A DNA stretch of 63,747 nt, the filler included, from Choristocarpus tenellus KU-1152 (Eukaryota > Protista > Phaeophyceae): the NCBI GenBank assembly GCA_964200185.2. It is 7 parts of 7 records of this genome, joined end to end, with 100 filler letters (N's around TTAATTAATTAA, not from the genome) between each part and the next. Parts side by side here need not be neighbours in the genome. Positions count along the whole stretch, not along the records: positions 1 to 27,169 come from CAXNAD020000149.1; positions 27,270 to 41,567 come from CAXNAD020001232.1; 5 more parts are not named here. The stretch is one strand, 5' to 3'. Below, piece after piece: positions 26,701 to 35,779 of this stretch (position 1 is the first letter of the stretch; each line of letters starts with the position of its first letter). The notes under the pieces are model-generated. The model was not told where the DNA came from and searched no databases. It saw only the letters and a program-made list of their open reading frames with translations. The translations under genes and the position numbers were made by a program.

Positions 26701-26911
26701 TTGCAGATGTATCTATAAGAAAAACACTCATTGTCTTCATTGGTATTTTTTCTGATGCAGGGCCACAGTTTTTCTCTTTGATGATACACAGATTGTTCAA
26801 GAGTCCTTCTTGGAAGACATCAATGGCATTCTCAACACTGGTGAGGTACCCAGTTTATTCAACAATGAAGAGATGGTGGCAATCAATGAGGTGTTGACCA
26901 AGCCTGCCCAG
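5701..26911 (+). CDS. DNAH1: Axonemal inner-arm dynein heavy chain, DNAH1-like; 34 exons, 3'-truncated by the contig end within AAA4
   Basis: Exons with frame preserved: 5701-6339, 6426-7100, 7265-7390, 9806-10003, 10267-10482, 11066-11199, 11316-11565, 11743-11928, 12109-12231, 12387-12437, 12589-12699, 12805-12891, 13121-13256, 13406-13566, 13665-13808, 13907-14128, 14621-14785, 14897-15007, 15185-15388, 15680-15880, 16016-16534, 16948-17067, 17189-17551, 17665-18096, 18491-18724, 19031-19300, 23501-23851, 24000-24239, 24553-24945, 25168-25290, 25443-25586, 25994-26089, 26278-26609, 26761-26911 (7908 nt, 2636 codons). Dynein motifs: [37 protein letters not shown]-loops GPAGTGKT / GQTGSGKT / GDTGTGKS / [49 protein letters not shown]. 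The N-terminal LPLEIFD..W...VL..RFNLLF.AE pattern suggests the DNAH1 subfamily (less certain than the dynein call). True start may be upstream. Confidence 0.97.
8650..9460. repeat. Degenerate intronic repeat with recurring TTTGTGAAAGGT...GTC(C/T)TGGAC units
   Basis: Core TGTGAAAGG recurs near 8675, 8715, 9208 and 9283, with variants near 9356 and 9398, in dynein intron 3. Confidence 0.55.
9557..9734. mobile_element. 178-bp PIF/Harbinger (Tourist-like) MITE, complete copy
   Basis: TIRs GGCTCAAAGTATCTGGGGG ... CCCCCAGATACTTTGAGCC with identical TTA on both flanks (9554-9556, 9735-9737); three more copies in the window. Confidence 0.9.
20900..23100 (-). mobile_element. Decayed Copia-like RT/RNase H remnant inside the 4.2-kb dynein intron (19301-23500)
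   Basis: Antisense fragments [37 protein letters not shown] and DVFLT resemble Copia RT/RNase H motifs; many stops; boundaries approximate. Confidence 0.45.
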
Positions 26912-27169
26912 GTAAAATCTTCAGTAATAGTAGGTCAACAGTACTATCACAATGATTCTATTGAGTGCAGCTCTTGTGACTTTTTTTTTGTTCTTTATTG
27001 TTCTTCTTTAGCAATGATGAGAGCAGAGCAAAGATTGACACAGGAACCAACTTGTTAAGCTGTCCTTGACGATCTGTTGTCCCACACAACTAGTTATATT
27101 ATTGTTTATTAACTTGTACCACAGTTGAGAAGAGAGTGAGATACCTGTACTAGGTGGGGCTCACCAGTC

Positions 27170-27269
27170 NNNNNNNNNNNNNNNNNNNNNNNNNNNNNNN
27201 NNNNNNNNNNNNNTTAATTAATTAANNNNNNNNNNNNNNNNNNNNNNNNNNNNNNNNNNNNNNNNNNNN
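27170..27269. other. Artificial contig linker N44-TTAATTAATTAA-N44
   Basis: Identical 100-bp all-frame-stop spacer, also at 41568-41667, 47096-47195, 50549-50648, 56736-56835 and 60600-60699. Confidence 0.98.
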
Positions 27270-27543
27270 TTAAATTCCCCCCCGCACTCCAAATGTTTCT
27301 AAAAATTGAGCATGATCAAGCCCCCCCCCCCCCCCGCTTCTGGAGATATTCCTAACCAACGCTGACGTTGGCAAGCAATAAGAGGTTAGCAGAGGCAAAC
27401 GAATTCCATCACACTGACCTGGTGTGCATGGATTCATTTTCCCTCGACGCTGACATGACAGACATACCGCAACTTTAAAAAAAGCCCAACCCAGAACATT
27501 GCAGCATACACACTACATTTGCAGGCTGTGGGGCCCTTCTCAC

Positions 27544-30500
27544 CTGGATGGCCAACACTGTTAGATCCTCTGAGTTTACAGAGTCTTGCCTCTCCAACCG
27601 CTGCCAGTTCTCTTGTGCACCCAACTCCTGGTCTCCCCCTTCAACCAAACCTTCATCCCTTTGGTTTTCACTGCAAGAGGTGGGCAAGTCCTTTTCCTCC
27701 AGTGCTCGGAGTCGTGTCACCTCATCACCACGCAATACCCAGCGTTGCAACCCCATATCATACTCAAACTTGTTCTCCTGACCCAAATGGGCCACTCGAG
27801 GTGGGCGACTATGAAAGGAACCCAATGCACCACCAGCCCACCGGACAGCCCCCCCAATTCCCCCCCCCAACCCCCCCACTCTGCTTCCCCTCATCCCTGC
27901 ACTTCCCCTCCCCTCCCCCTCCTCCCCCCCCCCAGCTCCTCCTTGGTTCAAACCTCCACATCGCCCTTCCCCCCTCCCCCTGGCTTCCCCACCCAGTGGT
28001 GATGAAGGCTGAGTGCCACTGTTGTTGGTACTACCCCACCAGAAGCTCCTCGCCCACCCAGATTGGTCATCGCTCCCTCCCCCCATCCCCAGCCTCTTTG
28101 ATTTTGATCGCCCACTAGACCCTTTCTCCTCACTCAACTCAACCGACCAACTCTGTCCACCTTCCATGTCTCCCATCCTGCCAACATGCAGATCAACCTC
28201 CACCTCCTCTCCATCTTCCCAACTTGATTCCATTCGTCTGCTACTACCGCCTGGCAATATTCCATCACCTCTTACTCCATCCGATGCCACATCACCTGGA
28301 CCCTTTCCTCTCAACTCCTCTATTCCCAAGGCCGGGGACTCCCGGGAGAGCTTGGCCACATAGGCATGAAGGCATTCCTCTTCCTCGCTTTCACCCAGAG
28401 ACAGGTCGCAAGAGCCACCATATTCCCGGGGTAGATTCTCAGGCGCGATGCGCTCAAGAAGAGTAGCTGCTATCTTTTCGCGGTCTCCCCCCAAAATAGT
28501 GACCTTGTCCTGTGTGCGTTCGTTGAGGAGGGGACGAATGCCACGCCTTTTCATTCCCTCAAAAGATGGGGGAAGGTGAGGGAAGGAAAGAAGGAGTAAG
28601 GGAGCAATGCCAGCGAGCATGGGGTTGATGATTCAATTAAAGTATGGTTCTGTGAGTGATGCTTGCGGAGCGGGCGGAGTAGGGCATTCACTACATGTGT
28701 GCACTTCTCTGCTTCTATCGGTTCCTGAGGAGCATGTGAGTGGGTGACTTCAAGAGCACACACAAAAGACATGCACGCACCACATGAGGCTGAAGTAGGA
28801 AGGGGCATTGATGATGAACATAGCATTGCTCCTCTCGACATAGTGACTTTGGATTATCTGTGTCGCTTTCTGCAGGAGGGTAAATCAAGGGCGGTTTATA
28901 CATCTGATGGGGAGCACGATCGATAGTGGAGTGATTGCACCAGTACAAAAGTAAGTAGGAAGGCACTTATGTTGCTGAAGAGAGTCAACAGAGATAGTTC
29001 GGGGGCTCTACACCTAAAATGAAAGCAAGTGTCCAATAAATGGGAAGGAGGCTGCAAAGCATCCTATAAATGGAAAAAAACGATTTCCAACCCAGTGTGG
29101 GGATCAATGCCAACCCACCGTTAATGTTATAAATACTACGAACTGATCAACCACACGAGAGCCACCCTGAAAACGAAATTGACAACTATTTGAAAACATC
29201 CTTAAAGGTTCAAGGCTCCATTTTAAGACTCTCCTTGTTCTTAGCTATGCTCAATCCCACACCATGTCACCAATTTCAAGAATCTGCACAGTCTCAGCTC
29301 AACCCTCAGGAAGAGATGAGGATTAAGGGATAAGATTGGAGCTATGCTGATTGGTGAAAGGGAGTAATATGTTATGGGGTTGGGGTGTAGAAGAGTCCAG
29401 GGACCGAGCTTGCAATAGCAGAAGCAATGAGTAGGTATATGGACAGAGAGAGAGAGGGCCACTGAAAACTACACATGCATGGAAAAATATGCAAGCAATT
29501 TTGGTGTTGCATCTGCAAAGTCTCTTCTGGATCCAACAAAGTGTCACAATGATGAAAATTAATCTCGCTCTTTCATATCCTCACTACAACCGCACAACTA
29601 TCCCCCCAAGAATCAATATACTCTTGGAAAATCTAGATAGCTTGCTACTGAGGTCCCTACCATCACTGTTTCCACCCCAAACCTATGGTCACCTTGACAA
29701 ATGACAAGGCCTCACCACCAAGATCCCGCATCCCGAGTCCAGCCACATCCAAGACTGTGACAGTTTGTCCATGGTCAAAGTCAGGCTCTACCACCCCCCA
29801 GAGGTACTCCGTGATGAAGATATAGTGCCGCTGCAAAACATCTGGGCTGACGCCTTTATCTCGAAGGGTACCAAGGTCAATCTTTCCTAGCAACTCATAG
29901 TAGACGGGGCAGCCATTCCTGGCACGGCGGTGAAGAAAATGTGGGTAGTAGCACTTGATTGTTTCGAAGTACGGCTGTGCCTCTGTCAAAATCTGATTCT
30001 CGCAGGGCAATTGGTTGGGGGAGCAAATTAGGGACGTACCCAAAATTTAACATCAGAACGAGATAGTGGAGGAGGGGGGGGGCAGGCAAAAAGACACCCA
30101 GCATACTAATAGATGTCAAGAGGGGTCTTAATGATGAGGTAAGCTTGTTCCACATCTCTCAATGAAGTACACATGTTCAATAAAACGGGAACTATTTCCA
30201 TATAAACCCTGTGGGGAGCCATATTGCATACTGATGGGGGCACCTGTCTTACAACTGAGTGCATTTAATCTAAACGGTCTTCTTGCACACAACCTACTGT
30301 TGTTAGGGGAGTTTTCTCGTCAAACCTGACAAGCATCTCGAATCTGCACACGCTGAATGTGAAAAGGTTTGCGAAATGTGGAGTTTGGATTCCTAAAACT
30401 TAACAAGCACAAACTAAACTTCCATAAGGTAGCCTCCTTTACTTTAATAGATTTGACTTAGTCACCTTTGCTGCCGAAGGCATTCAGAAACCAAAATATT

Positions 30501-31588
30501 CACGAATTTGCTGGAGTTGGGGGGACAGGCAAGGAGGACAAGGATGAGTGATACACATGTAACTCCCCCACATTGAACATGCAATACCATGACTACACAA
30601 CTTGGTGACCACAAGCAGGACTCCTTGACTTTCGCTGCACCTCGTCAACTCGTTCACTCGCTCGCCACTCTAACGTAGCCCGCCATCGCCGTTCTGCCTC
30701 AACCTCGTCCCCACCGCATCCCCTCAGGTATCGAGCTGGAATATCCAACTCCCTTTTTCCAGTAGTGGTACTTCGTACCGCAAATGCAGCTTCCTGTGCG
30801 CGTCCTGTTCCACTCGATACACTCCCACCGTGCCTTGCCCATGACGCAAGCTCCAAATCTCCGTCAAGGTCATTCATCTTCCCTCCTACCTCCAAAGATT
30901 CGCCAACTGAGCGATAAGTGTTTGAATGGTAACCTATGGAGAGAACTCGCCTCCGCCAGAAATATACAGCCAGGCCCAATTCAGCCAACTGCATGCACGC
31001 TGTCAGTAGGCACATTGATATCACTGGATGGATAGAGCCTGGGGAAAACAAAAGGCCCCCTATAGTGGTCCCAACAACCAGCCCTGCCAGAGTCGGTGGT
31101 GCATCCCGTGCAATGGGGTCCAGTACTGCTGAAGGGGTCGTCCCTGCGGATTTGGCTGCAACATCAAGACAGGTGATACCCATTGAATGTTGAACACCTG
31201 CGAGCAACCCATGACAAAATCTGATCGCCAGTAACCATTGAAGTGAGCGACTTCCTTCCACTAGACCGCAAATCAAGTATGCCACAGCTGAAAAGACAAG
31301 AGTTCCCGCAAATCTAACAAATGATAGACTCGGTGGTTTGCGGCGAGTCATCCTCACCACCCACAGCAAACCTGACCTCCCCATATAGTATGCCAGGACT
31401 AGAAAACCCACCCATACCGCCACTTCTACCTGTCCTCCCTCCCCTTGAATCAACAAAATGTTCGACACAAGCCAGGGTAGGACTGGTAGAAATAACCCAG
31501 CCCCGAGAGAGTCGAAAAATAGCAATCCAAGTCCTGCAACAGCCCAACATTTCCGAGCCCTCTCATTCTTCTCTGAAGAAAGGTCCAT
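27544..31588 (-). CDS. Fusion protein: MFS (DHA1/TetA-like) N-terminal 6-TM half + CRAL-TRIO/Sec14 domain + Gly/Ser-rich tail with a Sec16-C-like motif; probably 3'-incomplete
   Basis: Exons 31588-30641, 29992-29693, 28869-28781, 28546-27544, all GT-AG and in frame (~780 aa). MFS motifs FFDSLGAGLFLPVLP, IRFCHGLLAG, GLVVGTTIGG. CRAL-TRIO_N RYLRGCGGD..EAERRWRATLEWR. CRAL-TRIO NGCPVYYE, TVTVLDVAGL, QSHYVERSNAMFIINAPSYFSLMWRGIRPLLNERTQDK, ENLPREYGG. Donor CAG|GTGAGA at 27543 lies ~270 bp from the contig end. Confidence 0.85.
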
Positions 31589-31955
31589 CACACTTCCTGT
31601 TATGAAGTATCGGTTGTCATTTTCGACCTATAACAAAGAATAGTTAAGAGTAGATTGATGACATCTTATGTCAGCATACAAAAGTTAGACATAGATTGGA
31701 TGTAAACCAAAGTAGTGGAAGAATTGGAATCTAATATCCCGAGGATCAATTTCAAATTTCACATAAATTATTTTCTTTCCTTTTCTAGTACTCTAGAGTA
31801 GGTTAGAGAGGGAACCAGAGCTCTAGAGCCCTCAGGACTAATGACCAACCAGAAGTTGGAGGAATGCGGGCGAACTTCAGTGTCACGAGTCAGTTGAAAC
31901 CACCTCTACAATATCCTCGTATCCACACAAGAATCACCTCGATCGATAGACAAAA
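31589..31955. promoter_or_regulatory. Putative bidirectional promoter between divergent genes (367 bp between ATGs)
   Basis: Divergent ATGs at 31588 (-) and 31956 (+); AT-richer spacer flanked by CpG-retaining first exons. Inferred from gene geometry only. Confidence 0.5.
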
Positions 31956-33291
31956 ATGGGTATGCACAACAGGATAGGCACCTTTTTGGAAGGAATGGGG
32001 GGAAAAGAGATCGCTATGGAGAGGGACAAGATAGAGATAGTCGCCAAGTGGGTTACGACCAACTATCGTTTCTTATGGCAACATTTTAGGGAATCAAATC
32101 ACACGTCCCACCAGGAAGGTTTGTTGATTGTAGTCCCTATCATCGCCGTGGGAAATTGTGTTTTGCTCTTTGCATTTCCAGTCCAAATGATACCATTCAT
32201 GACGAATGGTATCATATTCACCTGCGCTGCATGTCTAACTATCCGAGGAGCGAAGGCAGAGGTCAAGAACAAGTCACCCACATTTTCTGGGTTTTGGGTG
32301 AGTTCCGCCACAGCACTAACCTGGATGAAGGGCAGGGAAAACCTTTCAAAGCAAATGGGTGATATAGTCGTAGCTTTTCTCTCAACTTCAAGTTATCCAA
32401 TCTTATTTCTATGTGGTTTGAATTTTCCCAACACACCACCAGGTTCTCTTCGGGATTTTCGCTCTTCTAGACCCCATCCTTCATTCGATCACTCCTCGGT
32501 ACACACTCGCAAAAACCTGTGTCCTCGCCTGGGGTATAACCTCGACACGGCCATACGGTGGGCTTCCTCTCCTCTCCCAAGCAGTCTACTCTGCCAACGA
32601 TGTCTCGCCACCGTTTGAGATGGTTGTCCCTGCGGAGAAGTTGGCTATACGAATGGGGATCCCGATCATTTTGGTCAGGCTCAACCTAGTCACCATTGCA
32701 ACTGCTGCCGTGACCATAGCCCTCGGATTGAGCGCATGGGTCGTTCTTGCAGTTGAGACATTGTTTTCAGGTCAAGCGTGTTGGGTTCAGGCAAATATTT
32801 GCAACACGGCTGGGGTGGTCTGGCCTTTGTGTGCAACACTCAAGGTCATGGCACGAGCACAGCGAGCCAACGATGTACATATCATCGAGGATAGCAATGA
32901 CGAGAGTAAGGGAACGACCAGTAACGGCAGTCGCAGCCACAGTCAGGGTCCGGCTGCTGCCCAGTGGCTTTCGTATTGGCCCATGTATACTGTACTCCAA
33001 ATTACTGATACTTTCTTTGGGTGGATACCGCACTATTTTTCCGTGAAGCTTGTCCTTCTTGCGGTGCTGGCGCTTCCACAGACTCAGGGTGCTCACCTCA
33101 TAACTACCATCATGACTCTCCACAAGTGCAAGGACCCTGCAGTAGTAGAAGAACCATTCCATAAAATAAGGGCAGAAGAAGACGAGAGGAAGCATGAGGA
33201 AAGGAAGCATGAGGAAAAGACAGACAACTCTCCGAAAAAGCACATGCACAGGCGGCTAAACAGGGAGCATGCAAAATTGAGGATGTTCTGA
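31956..33291 (+). CDS. TB2/DP1/HVA22 (REEP/Yop1-like) protein with two tandem domains, 2 exons, ~396 aa
   Basis: Exons 31956-32297 (TGG|GTGAGT) and 32443-33291 (CCAG|) join in frame. Domain 2: ICNTAGVVWPLCATLK..QWLSYWPMY..DTFFGWIPHYFSVKLVLLAVLALPQTQGA. Divergent domain 1: AACLTIRGAK..FSGFWVLFGIFALLDPILHSITPRYTLAKTCVLAW. Confidence 0.85.
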
Positions 33292-35779
33292 TCACTGTTG
33301 TGTTGTTTGATTGACATCCGTCTGACTATCTTGCTCACCCCCACACCCAAGAAAGCAAGCAAAGGGTACAAGCATGAGAGGGAAAATTCTCACTCCTTTC
33401 AAATTTTTCGGTCAAACCGCACAGGTGTATAAAGAAGGTTCACCTGCTTGTGCACACTGTGTGAAAAGGAGGGCACTGTGGATTGCCTCTTACAGCTATT
33501 GATTGGGATTGGTTTGCTGAAAAGTAATGGGTGAACAGGTTGGGGTTGGGGTTTGAACCTTTGTGCTGCACCAATGCATCACTTTGAGAGAGAAGCAAAT
33601 CCTTAGAGTAACCATCAGGCAAGTAATGACGCCAGGATGGTATCTTACAAGAAAACTTCTTAGGGGGTTTAGGAGAAACTCTACGATTGATTAGATGGTT
33701 GACAAAGAGGAATGACAAGACTTGCACCTACACTATTAGGCATTGGCATTGAATGACAGTAGCTGAGTAATTTGGCAGTCTGTGTTTGTGTTGTGTTACT
33801 CTGAGTTTGAGAAGGTGAACAGGGATTTATTTTTCATTTGTGTTTGTGTTCTGTTTGCTGTTTGAACTGTTACCAACAAGCGGAATTTCCTTTGGTCTTT
33901 AGAGTCTGTGCAGAAGCCACCATGTTGGCTTTGACTATGCAATGTGTATGGTGATATAGTTGCAGTAATAATGTTCGCCAGCACCATACCAAGGTCAACC
34001 TCCAGTTCCCATGAGATGACAAAAATAAACTTTCTTCTCGGAAGGAGAAGTAGTTACACAGTATCTCATGTTTTGGTTTATTTCCTCAAGGCGACTTCAA
34101 GAGTTACACTGCTCAAATAGCACCATCTTGCACAACCATAAAGCTCCAGCCACTATCTTTGTACACCCTGGAGCAGCAGAGCAAATATACGTGTAAATGT
34201 TAAGATACACGCAGTTCAGAATCCTGCAGGTTGAGTAGGAAAGATGGACCTCAAATCCCTCCCCCAAGTTGTTACAGTTTCAGTTAGTGGCAGGAAAGTC
34301 AAAAAGAAAAAAGCAGTCCTGGGTCACAACGTCTAATGTGTGTCAATACCATTGTCCTTGAAAAAAATATTTCGGTGGATCATTATATACAGCAAATACA
34401 GGTGCAATGTGCTCCAAGACTGGCTTGAAAGAATACTAAAATCTCAACGATGTTGAAACTATGCTCCCATTAACAAGTTCCACACAACAGTTCCGACTGA
34501 CAAGAATACAGCTCACTGCCCCATTTGGCACTTCAATACCACTCTGATGTTGACACACTTCTACCTGTGCATATGCAACATCATCACACTAAAAAAACAA
34601 CGGGTAAGACCTAACTCTTGTGGAGTAGTGCACTGTGAATATCTTCCCTCTCTCAACTAAGACAAATGTTGGAAGAAAAAAAAATCGAGGCTGCCATCGA
34701 TATGTCAACATCAGCATCATTTGACTGTTGGGCACCAAAATATGCAATCACCCAACAGAAATAAGTGGCCTTGCCATTCCACTAAAGCACTAGTAGTACC
34801 TATTTCCTGCATTGATTATTCGAATTGATCCCACCACATGCACAAACCAGCTAACCACAAGAGAATCTGTGTGTCTACATCTTTAGCTGCAGCAACAGCA
34901 CCTACCCTAGCACAATTAATAGCCGATTGGCAACTCCTCACAAGGGTGTTATTATACTCCTCAAAAGTACCTCTCCACTTTTGTACACAGCCCACCCCTG
35001 TGTCCCACATACTTCAGACAAATCTAGATGGGACAGCAATCATACATGTAGGATCCAGCAGATACTGCAACATTGATACTGCCTACGTATGCAAAATACC
35101 TGCTTGTACCCATCACGCAGGGATGTTAACCCTATCGATTATTGTGCCACTACAAAGTACACAAAGCAATACCACCAAAACATATTTTCAAAACAGGGGA
35201 AGCACACAGGTATGAAACCAATTGCTGACCACCATCCAAGTCTTACAAGTAACCTTACATGCAAGGAACAGAAGCAACCAGAAGGCTTCTCTGAAATCTA
35301 GCAATAAAAGACATACTCGTACTTGTTCAGAGCTGCAAAGACTCACCATGATCCTACTTCAACCTGATTGTTTCCACCTCTCCACAACACCACAGCCTTC
35401 CTTAAGAAGCACACAAATAATGACATCTTTATACCCACTACTCAAGCAAAATACTAACCACCTTAACACAACCAACAACTTAACTTACGGAGAGAGCTGG
35501 ATTTGGGAACTATATTGAACTGTGACAATACCATCCCATACCATCATCCACAGGCCATCATCAACCACCAAGGTGGGGACAGCTGAGAGTGAAAAAGACA
35601 CTCAAAAGGAACGAAACCTACGCAACCAACCTGTCTCATGATTGTAGCACTGTATCACCACCTATCCCTGCCCCCACACACCACTTGTTTCCACCACTGC
35701 ACACATTGACAAGGATAAGCAAACCACGTGTGCACCAATCTGCAACACATGTATGTACTATATATATATATATGTATAT

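Noticed and set aside
27170-27269. Recurrent palindromic TTAATTAATTAA flanked by Ns (6 times)
   Set aside because: Artificial contig spacer with stops in all frames; not biological, and genes across it cannot be treated as neighbours.
27519-28466. Pro-rich plus-strand ORFs
   Set aside because: Antisense shadows of the Gly-rich exon of the MFS-Sec14 gene.
32298-32618. 3' part of the 220-aa ORF 31956-32618 as a separate protein
   Set aside because: Read-through into an intron and an off-frame exon; splicing at GTGAGT/CCAG gives a coherent HVA22-type protein.
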